56,697 bases of DNA from an archaeon (GCA_043817815.1 JBDRGM010000024.1:1-56697), one strand, 5' to 3'; shown: positions 48,320-56,070, counted from the first letter of the stretch. Program-made: numbers and translations. Notes: generated from the letters alone by a model not told the origin.

Positions 48320-49817
48320 CCAGGGAATCAGGACAATCTCTGCAGTTTTAAAAAAAGCAGGGCATAATGTGAAAACAGTTTTTATGTCATTAAGCGAAGA
48401 CTATTCAAGGAATTATACAAGACAAGAGCTCAACAAACTCTTGATGATGTGTAAAGACTCTCAGTTGATAGGAATAAATTCTTTTGCATCAACTTCAAAG
48501 AGAGCAGCAAGAATAATCTCATTTTTAAAATCACGCGTAAGTGCTCCAATAGTATATGGAGGAGTACACGCAACAATTTCACCAGAGGATTGCATAAGAT
48601 ATTCAGATATTGTTTGTGTTGGTGAAGGCGAAGGAGCAATTCTAGATTTAGTAAAAGCAATTGAAGAAAACAAACCAATCAACAAAATAAAAAACTTATG
48701 GATTAAAGAAGATAATCAAACAGTCAAAAATCCAGTAAGACCAGTAATAGACAATCTAGATAAATTACCAATCCCAGACTTTGACATAAAGGATCATTAC
48801 ATCTTAGAAAGCGGGGGAATAAGAAAATTTATTGAACAAGATTTAGCAGGACAAATATTCTTCTTAACAGGAAGAGGATGTCCTTATGGATGTGATTATT
48901 GTAGTAACTCTTTTTTCAACAAGCTCTATGAAGGAAAAAGAAAGCAAATAATGAGGTGGAACTCTCCAGAATACATAATAAATGGAATCTTAGAATTAAA
49001 GAAGAAATTTCCAAATTCTCTAGGTTATTTTGATATTCGCGACGACACTTTCTCATTAAGACCTTTGGAAGACATTAAAAAATTCTGTAAATTATACAGA
49101 GAAAAGGTAAACATGCGTTTCAAATGTTTAGGAGACCCGCGGACAATTTCAGATGAAAAAATAAAACTTCTTGTTGATGCAGGTTGCACAGATATTATAA
49201 TTGGTATTCAAGGAGCAGAAAGAGCAAACAAAGAAATTTATCACAGAAATCAGACAGACACGCATGTCATAAACGCTGCAAATATCCTCAACAAATACAA
49301 AGATAAACTAGCTACCATGTACGATGTTATAACATGTAATCCTTATGAAAAACCAGAGGACATCATAAACATGATAAGACTTCTTCAAAAACTTCCAAAA
49401 CCATTTTACCTCTCAGTAAACAACTTAGTTTTCTTTCCAGGCTCACAACTTTACAGAAAAGCAAAATCAGATGGAACAATCAAAACAGAAAAAGACACAG
49501 CAGCAGAGTTAAACTACTGGGACAGAAGCAAACACATCCGCCTCAAAAGAAAAAACATATACCTCAATCTAATCCTCAATATGATGCGTGGACCTGCAAC
49601 AGAATCCAGATTTGGATTAATGCCAAACACACTAATCAATTATTTATTAGAACCAGAAAGAGTAAGAAAAAATTTGAGTAACTCAAATTCTTCGTTAATT
49701 GTTTTAAGACTCGTCGCTGTTCAGGATTTAATCAGAGAAAGAATAATGAAACCAACTTTCAGAAGCATGCCTATCTCATTTAAAATTTGGTATGATAAAA
49801 TGAGGTATAGGGCTTAA
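48279..49817 (+). CDS. B12-binding-domain (class B) radical SAM enzyme
   Basis: 512 aa. MKITLISPATF...IRTISAVLKKAGHNVKTVF, YGGVHAT. TGRGCPYGCDYCSN (CxxxCxxC). Confidence 0.85.
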   Translation: MKITLISPATFPSDQGIRTISAVLKKAGHNVKTVFMSLSEDYSRNYTRQELNKLLMMCKDSQLIGINSFASTSKRAARIISFLKSRVSAPIVYGGVHATISPEDCIRYSDIVCVGEGEGAILDLVKAIEENKPINKIKNLWIKEDNQTVKNPVRPVIDNLDKLPIPDFDIKDHYILESGGIRKFIEQDLAGQIFFLTGRGCPYGCDYCSNSFFNKLYEGKRKQIMRWNSPEYIINGILELKKKFPNSLGYFDIRDDTFSLRPLEDIKKFCKLYREKVNMRFKCLGDPRTISDEKIKLLVDAGCTDIIIGIQGAERANKEIYHRNQTDTHVINAANILNKYKDKLATMYDVITCNPYEKPEDIINMIRLLQKLPKPFYLSVNNLVFFPGSQLYRKAKSDGTIKTEKDTAAELNYWDRSKHIRLKRKNIYLNLILNMMRGPATESRFGLMPNTLINYLLEPERVRKNLSNSNSSLIVLRLVAVQDLIRERIMKPTFRSMPISFKIWYDKMRYRA

Positions 49818-49819
49818 AA

Positions 49820-50320
49820 ATGGTAAAAGATTTGATAAATCAATTAAATATTGTTAAGGTAATTAAAAAAGGAGACATTGTTCTAAGTCATGGTGAAGAG
49901 ACAAATTTTTATATAGATATAAAAAAAGCATATGGTTATCCTTCTGCTAGAAAATTAATTTGCGATTATTTGTGTGAGTCTTTAGATAAGAGAGTTAATT
50001 GTGTTGCAGGCTCAGGTCATGGAGGGATTTCACCCGCCTCTATTATTGCGGATAGACTAGGAATTCACCTAACTTTAATAAGGAAACAAACAAAAGGATA
50101 TGGTCTTGATTCAATTATTGATGGCTATGTGCCAACTCCTTCTGATTTTGTTTCGATAATTGATGATGTTTTTACTACTGGAGGAACTTTGAGAGGAATA
50201 ATCGAAGTTTTAGAACCTACAGGAACAGATATTTTAGATTGTTTAGTTATTGTTAAAAGAGGAGAGGGCGAATTAAATATTCCTTTAAAATATTTAATTA
50301 AGGGAACTGATTTAACCTAA
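49820..50320 (+). CDS. Type I phosphoribosyltransferase, orotate-PRTase-like
   Basis: 166 aa. GEETNFYIDIKKAYGYP (OPRT-like N-terminal block) and FVSIIDDVFTTGGTLRG (PRPP-binding motif). The pyrE assignment is not secure given the context. Confidence 0.65.
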   Translation: MVKDLINQLNIVKVIKKGDIVLSHGEETNFYIDIKKAYGYPSARKLICDYLCESLDKRVNCVAGSGHGGISPASIIADRLGIHLTLIRKQTKGYGLDSIIDGYVPTPSDFVSIIDDVFTTGGTLRGIIEVLEPTGTDILDCLVIVKRGEGELNIPLKYLIKGTDLT

Positions 50321-50578
50321 TTCTTTCTCAACCCTTTCATGCACTTCAAAATCATAATCCTCTCCATATTTTTCGTTTAAGAAATTCTCATAAGTATGAA
50401 TCATTGCCATTACAACTCTTTTTTCTTCCTTAGTTAAATCACACATACATGCAGAACATAAAGGACATTTGAAATCTCCACACTTTTTACACTGCTCAAC
50501 TTTTTGTTTCTCTTTATCAAACCATTCAAAACATTTGAAACATCTAACTTTATTTGGCCTACACATTTTCATACACAC
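50312..50578 (-). CDS. Small Cys-rich (zinc-ribbon-like) protein
   Basis: 88 aa (or 84 aa from the ATG at 50566). CRPNKVRCFKCFEWF...CKKCGDFKCPLCSACMCD gives several CxxC pairs. Overlaps the queC stop and the PRTase stop. Confidence 0.4.
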   Translation of the reverse strand: MCMKMCRPNKVRCFKCFEWFDKEKQKVEQCKKCGDFKCPLCSACMCDLTKEEKRVVMAMIHTYENFLNEKYGEDYDFEVHERVEKELG

Positions 50579-51263
50579 TCACATCTTCAACCTCACAAAA
50601 TCTAAACGCCTTCTTACGTGATTTACATCCTGCACAAACACCGCAATGAACAGGGACTCCATCCTCAAACCCTCTTCCAACATAACAACTACAAGTCTGC
50701 TTTAAGTCAACCCCAAGTTCTTTTGCTAACTCAATAACTTCTTCTTTATCTTTTTCTAAAAAAGGAGCTTTGAACTTAAGATTCCCCTCTTGAGTACAAA
50801 AGCCAGAAGTTTTATTCATCTGTTCTAGAAATTCAGGAGTTGTGTCTTTAAATTGCAACTCACCTTCGTGTTTTATCCCAATATAAACATCGTACTTTTC
50901 ACCTTTTGAAATTAATTCAGATTCTGCAAAACTAAGACCAATCAACAAAAACAAAGCATTTCTACAAGGAACATACCATGAAACTAAATCATCATCTTCA
51001 ACCTTCTTAACATCTTCGTCTCTAACCTCTTTGTTTATCAAAGAAGTACTAACTTCACCTAACCATTTAACATCAACAACCTTCAACTCAGCATCTAACT
51101 CACGAGCAACTTTCTTAACACAATATAGTTCTTCTTCTAAAGACTTCTGTCCGTAATCAAAGAAAACAAATTTCAGTTTGTCAACTTTCTCAACTTTTTT
51201 CAGATAATGTGCCAAAACAACACTATCTAATCCTCCTGACACAAGTACTATCGCATTAGTCAT
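50559..51263 (-). CDS. queC: 7-cyano-7-deazaguanine (preQ0) synthase QueC
   Basis: AIVLVSGGLDSVVLAHYL (SGGxDS PP-loop). C-terminal TCSCYVG...VHCGVCAGCKSRKKAF (QueC zinc Cys cluster). The ATG at 51263 (MTNAIVLVSGG) is preferred over the track start 51314. Confidence 0.8.
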   Translation of the reverse strand: MTNAIVLVSGGLDSVVLAHYLKKVEKVDKLKFVFFDYGQKSLEEELYCVKKVARELDAELKVVDVKWLGEVSTSLINKEVRDEDVKKVEDDDLVSWYVPCRNALFLLIGLSFAESELISKGEKYDVYIGIKHEGELQFKDTTPEFLEQMNKTSGFCTQEGNLKFKAPFLEKDKEEVIELAKELGVDLKQTCSCYVGRGFEDGVPVHCGVCAGCKSRKKAFRFCEVEDVSVYENV

Positions 51264-51432
51264 GTTTTTACATAATCCCTTTTCTTTAAAATCTATTGGA
51301 GCATTGATAGTCACTTTATATCTTAACTAACATCGTCCATTAACAAAATCTTTTCTATTAACTACATCACATCAATCTGCGTTAGCACGTATTTTGGGAG
51401 GAGGGGGAAGTATACTTCACATCTACACAAAC

Positions 51433-51440
51433 TTTATATA
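51433..51440 (+). promoter_or_regulatory. TATA-like element TTTATATA upstream of the IF5A-like mini ORF
   Basis: 21 nt separate the element from the ATG at 51462. Confidence 0.3.
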
Positions 51441-51461
51441 AACTGCTCTTTGAAATATTTT

Positions 51462-51665
51462 ATGCCAAAAAAGAAAGCAAGTGAAGTAAAAGAAGGAGAT
51501 GTTATAACTGTTTATGGAGAAAAGTCTGTTGTAAAAAAAGTTGAGACCTCTGGAAAAGGGATAAAGCAGGGCAAAGTAAAGTACAGAATAGAAGCAGAAA
51601 CCATAGGCAGTAAAAAAAATATAGTGGTGATAAGACTTGCAGAAGATTTAATTGAAACAGAATAA
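51462..51665 (+). CDS. Mini protein resembling the N-terminal (KOW/SH3-like) domain of aIF5A/EF-P
   Basis: 67 aa from the ATG at 51462 (the track start 51450 is a TTG). EVKEGDVITVYGEKSVVKKVETSGKGIKQGKVKYRIEAETIGSKK aligns by eye with the IF5A block xGxxVxIDGxPCxIVExSTSKTGKHGHAKxxxVGIDIFTGKK. No C-terminal OB domain is present. Confidence 0.35.
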   Translation: MPKKKASEVKEGDVITVYGEKSVVKKVETSGKGIKQGKVKYRIEAETIGSKKNIVVIRLAEDLIETE

Positions 51666-51666
51666 A

Positions 51667-52551
51667 ATGATTGATGTAATTATCACCTCTTACAAAGAAC
51701 CAGAATCCACCCTAAAGTGTGTTGGCTCATTTCTAAATCAAGACATAGAAGAAAAATTAAGAATCACTGTTATTGACCCTTTTCCTGAAGTTGAAAAATT
51801 ACTAAAAAACAAATACAAAAATAAAATTGATTTCTTCTTAGACCCTGGAGAAGGAAAAAGCTATGCGCTAAATATTTTCTTAGAAAACATCTATTCTCAA
51901 AACAAAGACGACTTAATCATTTTTACAGACGGAGATGTTTATGTCTCAGAAAATACAGTAAGTGAAATAGTAAACGCATTCAAAGACAAAAACGTAGGAT
52001 GTGTAACAGGCAAACCAGTTGCACTTGATTCAAAAGATAATATTATGGGATTCTGGAGCAACCTTGTCTTTGAAGGAATCCACAAAGTCAGAGAAAGACT
52101 TTCTGAACAGGAAAAATTCTTTGAATGTTCTGGATATTTATTTGGAATCCGAAATGGAGTTCTCAAAGGATTTCCAATGGAAGCTTCTGAAGACGGAATA
52201 ATTCCTTATTTGTTCTGGAAAGAAAGTTATAATATAAAGTACTTGCCAAAAGCAGAAGTTTATGTATTGAACAATTACAACTATAAAAAATGGCTCAAAC
52301 AAAAAATACGAAACATTAAAGGTCATGAGAATTATAACTCTCTTGCTCCAGACATGCCAAGAACAAAATCATTTGTCAATGAAATAAAACAAGGGACATT
52401 TTTTGCCTTAGCATATCCACAAACACTAAAACAAACTTACTGGACAATACTTTTATTTGGAGCACGACTTCATATCTACTTGAAAGCATTTTACGATATT
52501 AGAATAAAAAAGCGAAAATATGATGATGGTTGGAGGGGGAGTGATCATTGA
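51667..52551 (+). CDS. GT2-family (GT-A fold) glycosyltransferase
   Basis: MIDVIITSYKEPE (GT2 N-terminal strand), IFTDGDVYV (DxD). The ATG at 51667, 1 nt after the preceding stop, is preferred over the track start 51652. Confidence 0.75.
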   Translation: MIDVIITSYKEPESTLKCVGSFLNQDIEEKLRITVIDPFPEVEKLLKNKYKNKIDFFLDPGEGKSYALNIFLENIYSQNKDDLIIFTDGDVYVSENTVSEIVNAFKDKNVGCVTGKPVALDSKDNIMGFWSNLVFEGIHKVRERLSEQEKFFECSGYLFGIRNGVLKGFPMEASEDGIIPYLFWKESYNIKYLPKAEVYVLNNYNYKKWLKQKIRNIKGHENYNSLAPDMPRTKSFVNEIKQGTFFALAYPQTLKQTYWTILLFGARLHIYLKAFYDIRIKKRKYDDGWRGSDH

Positions 52552-52571
52552 AGGGTTTAACATCAGAATTT

Positions 52572-52594
52572 AACGAAGTCGTGAGCGTAGCGAA
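52572..52594 (+). repeat. Partial module copy (AACGAAG + GTGAGCGTAGCGAA)
   Basis: AACGAAG at 52572-52578 and GTGAGCGTAGCGAA at 52581-52594. The 14-mer is identical to those in copies A and B except for the variable 8th base (t/a/g). Confidence 0.55.
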
Positions 52595-52629
52595 CGATTT
52601 GAGGAACGGAGAGGTAAATATAAGGCGAC

Positions 52630-52643
52630 GTATTTATAAATAC
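52630..52643 (+). promoter_or_regulatory. TATA-like element inside a perfect 14-bp palindrome GTATTTATAAATAC
   Basis: TTTATAAA (52633-52640) ends 25 nt upstream of the ATG at 52666. There is no SD-like sequence, consistent with an archaeal leaderless transcript. Confidence 0.35.
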
Positions 52644-52665
52644 AAGAAGATCTCTAATGTAATAA

Positions 52666-53226
52666 ATGTCAAATATAATTAAAGTTCCCAATGTTGTAAT
52701 TGATTCAAGTGAACCTCCAACTAATCTTTCACCTAAATATTTTAATCGAGAAGCTCAAATTGAAAGAGAATATTTGAGATGTGCAAAAAAAGTGAAAAGA
52801 CTTTGGCCAGCAATTAGTTCAAACAAATTGCTAGGAATATTTTGTGGAGGTTCTCAAACTCATGGAGATTATTCAGATGATTCAGATGTTGATTTTGTAG
52901 TATATAGGGTGGGCAAACCAATGCAAATTCATGCTGAGTATTCTGGACTTGTTGATGGTCTAAAAGATGAGTTTGATATCTATGTTAGACATTGGTGGGG
53001 TGCTGAAGGATCAAAAGGAGGATCAATTGATTTTGTAATCACATCAATGCCATTTGGAATTCTATTTGATTTATTAGACTGTAGATGGAAACAGTCAAAC
53101 ATGTCTCGTAATCCTATGATAAAAGAGTGGAGTTCTTTATTAGATGATCTTCCACCAGATTACCAAACATTAAAACAAGACATGGGTTTTCTAAATTATT
53201 GTTTAAATCAACGAACAATACATTAA
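52666..53226 (+). CDS. Minimal Pol-beta-superfamily nucleotidyltransferase (MNT/KNTase-like)
   Basis: 186 aa. GIFCGGSQTHGDYSDDSDVDFVVY (GS-x(n)-DxD), then GGSIDFVITS (third acidic residue). No HEPN partner ORF is visible. Confidence 0.65.
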   Translation: MSNIIKVPNVVIDSSEPPTNLSPKYFNREAQIEREYLRCAKKVKRLWPAISSNKLLGIFCGGSQTHGDYSDDSDVDFVVYRVGKPMQIHAEYSGLVDGLKDEFDIYVRHWWGAEGSKGGSIDFVITSMPFGILFDLLDCRWKQSNMSRNPMIKEWSSLLDDLPPDYQTLKQDMGFLNYCLNQRTIH

Positions 53227-53351
53227 GCCGCCTTATATTTATTGAACATCGCGATTAAACAACCCATAGGGCTCGAGGTGTAGAAATTTTTCCCTCGTGA
53301 AACAGAGCTGGAAAAATTGCGGAACACTCGAGTGTTTTTGCGAAGCAAAAA

Positions 53352-53465
53352 TATGGGAAAAATGTGTCCCGAAAAAAGAGGGTGAGCGAAGCGAAAACAT
53401 TTTTCTGTTTAATCTGCTGTTCCCAGACCCGAAGGGCACGAGCTGAAACACAAAGTTTCCTCGTG
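53352..53465 (+). repeat. G+C-rich hairpin module, copy A
   Basis: TGGG + stem GAAAAATGT (53357-53365) / ACATTTTTC (53397-53405) enclosing GTGAGCGAAGCGAA, then TGTTTAA. This is followed by hairpin CACGAG-CT-GAAAC-acaaa-GTTTC-CTCGTG (53437-53465). Confidence 0.7.
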
Positions 53466-53590
53466 AGTTTAAAATTTCATTTTAGGGTGGGGGAGGAGGA
53501 TGGTTGTTTCCGACGACCAAAAAATTAGAGAGAAAAGCCTGCCCTTTTTGTTTCTTTTTTCTAAAAAGAAAATGAGGGGTTCTTTTGTTT

Positions 53591-54088
53591 TTATTTTTTC
53601 TTTAAAATACTTTTTGGAATAACTAATGGATATATCCATCTAAGAATATAGTAAAAACCAATAACAATTATAACTGAAAGAATTAAATTTAACGGAGTTG
53701 AGATTAGACCCAAAATTAGACTCAGAACTCCTAATAAAAAAATGCTTAGATTAGAAAATATTTTTTTATAAAAAGGGATACTATTTTCTAAATTTTCATA
53801 TTCTTGTCTTAATTCTTCTTTATATTTTATTTTCATAATTTCAAAATCTTCGGTTTTTTTGAAATCTTCCCAATACTCATTGAATCTTTCATCGGAAACA
53901 CCATATTCCTCTTGATATTTCTCAGACATATTGTTTCTAGTATTATCTATCATATTTTGATAAGAAGATTCAAGATAATTTTCTAAATATCTTTCTTGCT
54001 GAATGTTGTAATTCCATAAAGATATAATCAAAAATAAAACTAAAAATCCTAAGATAAAGTAAGTCTTTCTAAATGCCTTTTCATTCAT
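53591..54088 (-). CDS. Hypothetical membrane protein (1 N-terminal + 2 C-terminal predicted TM helices, acidic Tyr/Glu-rich middle)
   Basis: 165 aa. TYFILGFLVLFLIISLW, then IFSNLSIFLLGVLSLILGLI and LILSVIIVIGFYYIL. Overlaps the upstream ORF by 4 nt. Confidence 0.45.
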   Translation of the reverse strand: MNEKAFRKTYFILGFLVLFLIISLWNYNIQQERYLENYLESSYQNMIDNTRNNMSEKYQEEYGVSDERFNEYWEDFKKTEDFEIMKIKYKEELRQEYENLENSIPFYKKIFSNLSIFLLGVLSLILGLISTPLNLILSVIIVIGFYYILRWIYPLVIPKSILKKK

Positions 54089-54552
54089 TTTAATTTTCCT
54101 TCAAAAGTAATTTTAATTTCATTTTTCTCTTTTGGGTTTTTTGGCTTTGGGTTTTTTGAAATAAATTTGTTTATCTCTTCATAAATTTTACTTTTTTGTT
54201 CTCCAGAGAGATTTGCTAAACCAGCAATATTTTTTACATCTACCGCTTGCGTTTGTATGACTCCTTTTTCAGTTAGTTCAAATTTTAAAGTAAATTTTTC
54301 AGATTTCTCCTCTGAAAAATTATAAATTACCTTTCCTTTTAATTTTGTCTTTCCTATTGCTTCTCTGTTTTCTTTTGCTTGTTTTCTTCTTTCTCGTTCA
54401 AATTTGTTAGCTTGTTCTAATGCTTCTTGCATATTTGAAGTTTTGACAGGCTCCTCTTTCATGCCTGCTTTTTTAAGATAATAGTCTCTATTCTTATCTT
54501 CCTGGCTTTTGAATTTCTTTTTCTTACCAAATATCTTTTTTAAAAAGTTCAT
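54085..54552 (-). CDS. Hypothetical basic, Lys-rich protein
   Basis: The ATG at 54552 (MNFLKKIFGKKKK...) is preferred over the track start 54594. A TATA-like TTTTATAT lies about 20 nt upstream on the minus strand. No recognisable domain. Confidence 0.4.
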   Translation of the reverse strand: MNFLKKIFGKKKKFKSQEDKNRDYYLKKAGMKEEPVKTSNMQEALEQANKFERERRKQAKENREAIGKTKLKGKVIYNFSEEKSEKFTLKFELTEKGVIQTQAVDVKNIAGLANLSGEQKSKIYEEINKFISKNPKPKNPKEKNEIKITFEGKLK

Positions 54553-54597
54553 AAAATAAATAGAAAAAGAGAATATAAAAAAGTATCTGTGCATTAA

Positions 54598-54606
54598 TTA
54601 TATAAA
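54598..54606 (+). promoter_or_regulatory. TATA-like element TTATATAAA upstream of the small 2-TM ORF
   Basis: 22 nt separate the element from the ATG at 54629. It lies in a 76-nt divergent intergenic region shared with ORF 54085..54552. Confidence 0.3.
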
Positions 54607-54628
54607 GATTGAAACTTCTATAATTAAA

Positions 54629-54847
54629 ATGGCAAAAAAAGATTTACCAACAATAAAACAAAAAAATATGTTTTGGTGTGGTGCATTAGTGGGTCTCGTG
54701 GGAGGTGTATTTGGAGGATTATTTGCAAATTCATTTTATGATTATCTTAAGGATTTATTGGGAGGAGGGATTACAACAATTTTGTCAGGTTTGGTTTTTT
54801 TGGGAATTATTTATTTCGCATCTAAACAAATTACAAAGATAATCTAA
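54629..54847 (+). CDS. Small Gly-rich two-TM membrane protein
   Basis: 72 aa. MFWCGALVGLVGGVFGGLFA and ITTILSGLVFLGIIYFA. Its TATA-like element ends 22 nt upstream of the ATG. Confidence 0.4.
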   Translation: MAKKDLPTIKQKNMFWCGALVGLVGGVFGGLFANSFYDYLKDLLGGGITTILSGLVFLGIIYFASKQITKII

Positions 54848-55157
54848 CTAATTCTCGAAGTGAGACAGGCAAATTGTCCGTAGGACTAAGAACCCCTCAA
54901 AGTAAATGAAAAATTTGGGTGTAACGAAGTGAAACCTTTTACCCCTTGTTATACAAAGTGCGAAGCATTTTGTTGGTTTTCTCGTCGGTCGGGTAAAAGA
55001 AGTTTTTCTCTGAAAACAAAGTTTTCAGCTATCTGTCCGAAGGACGCAGGATTTTTTCTCCTATCTCGGGTGGGCAAAAAATGAAATTTTAAATTTGGTC
55101 GGCTTTGCCGACGCTGGGAACATCGGGCTTAAACGAAGTTGCGACCGTAGGGAGCAA

Positions 55158-55195
55158 TTTGGGAAAATGCCGAGCTGAGGCATTTTCCGTTTAAG
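55158..55195 (+). repeat. G+C-rich hairpin module, short copy C
   Basis: TTTG + stem GGAAAATGCC (55162-55171), loop GAGCTGA, GGCATTTTCC (55179-55188), then GTTTAAG. It has the same flanks as stem 1 of copies A and B but lacks the internal insert. A GTGAGC-CGAAG-GCGAA variant lies at 55211-55226. Confidence 0.6.
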
Positions 55196-55280
55196 CCCTG
55201 TTAAGTGAGGGTGAGCCGAAGGCGAAAGCGCAGCGTCCCCCAAGCGACTGAAAGGAGTGCAGAGTTCCTGTGGTCGCCCC

Positions 55281-56048
55281 CTATCTAATAATTGATTCTC
55301 GTATAACATCTAAAATAGAATTAAGAGCTTGTTTTTTCTGTTCGGCAGAGGCAATTCTGTAATCAGATTCTGAATAGCGTTTATCCTTTACATCAAGTAA
55401 AGCAACTGCTGGAATTCCAAAAAGTCTGCTACATGCCAATACAGAAGCACTTTCATATTCTCCAGAATCACAATCTTGTTCACCAATTTCAGCAAGAGAA
55501 ATCTTCCACCACATTGCTTCATCCATCAACTGAGTTGGTTCTGTAAAATCAGGTAAATATCCTGGTGTGATACAGCAGTAAACTTTACTTGGTCTAAAAT
55601 CTAAGGATTTCTCTTGCGCAATACCTAGAACTCTTTCCAGCAGTTGCGGATTTGGTTGAGTGACATCATTAACGCCTCTGCCCCTGGCATTTTGATAAAT
55701 GCTTTGTTCAAAGCTATCGGGTGAAAATGTGTCTCTTGCAAAAACAAGATTGCCGGGCTCTAATTCAGAATTCCTGAAAGCATATACACTACCTACAAAG
55801 TATACTTCTGGTTTTTGGTCGGTTGGTAAATATTCTGAGGCATATTCAATCATGGCTTGCCCAGCAACAGCTCCAGAATATCCAGTAAACAATACTTTGG
55901 TTAAACCATCCAATCCCTCATACAATGAGTCATTAAAATTGCCATGCCAAAACCGACCATCAGATTTTGGAACTTTGTGCAAATCTAATTTTTCAGTAAA
56001 TGCTTTCAGGACTTTTTCAGTTGTTTTTGGACTAATTATCAAAGACAT
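55281..56048 (-). CDS. Nucleoside phosphorylase/nucleosidase superfamily protein (PNP_UDP_1-like)
   Basis: VLFTGYSGAVAGQAMIEYA, VYFVGSVYAF and DCDSGEYESASVLACSRLFGIPAVALLDVKD resemble the phosphate-loop, core and D/E-M/Y-E-S/T-A blocks of MTA/purine/uridine phosphorylase-type enzymes. The ATG at 56048 is preferred over the TTG at 56063. Visibly more G+C-rich than the rest of the window. Confidence 0.6.
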   Translation of the reverse strand: MSLIISPKTTEKVLKAFTEKLDLHKVPKSDGRFWHGNFNDSLYEGLDGLTKVLFTGYSGAVAGQAMIEYASEYLPTDQKPEVYFVGSVYAFRNSELEPGNLVFARDTFSPDSFEQSIYQNARGRGVNDVTQPNPQLLERVLGIAQEKSLDFRPSKVYCCITPGYLPDFTEPTQLMDEAMWWKISLAEIGEQDCDSGEYESASVLACSRLFGIPAVALLDVKDKRYSESDYRIASAEQKKQALNSILDVIRESIIR

Positions 56049-56070
56049 AATAAAGAGAATCAATTGTAAT

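Larger units (their letters stand above)
52615..53241. other. Inverted-repeat-bracketed gene unit 1
   Basis: Perfect 13-bp IR: TAAATATAAGGCG (52615-52627) and CGCCTTATATTTA (53229-53241). It encloses a TATA-containing 14-bp palindrome, the nucleotidyltransferase ORF and its stop codon. The right IR starts 2 nt after the stop. Confidence 0.7.
53573..54899. other. Inverted-repeat-bracketed gene unit 2
   Basis: Perfect 12-bp IR: TGAGGGGTTCTT (53573-53584) and AAGAACCCCTCA (54888-54899). It encloses the three small ORFs 53591..54088, 54085..54552 and 54629..54847 with their divergent promoter region. Confidence 0.7.

Noticed and set aside
53239-53451. 70-aa minus-strand ORF in the spacer after unit 1. 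The similar 82-aa ORF 55061..55309 falls in the same category.
   Set aside because: Both run straight through the conserved hairpin modules and bracket repeats. They have low-complexity, Ser/Phe/Pro-rich translations. 55061..55309 overlaps the 3-prime end of the PNP-like gene. The conservation pattern (paired covariation) is that of structure, not codons.
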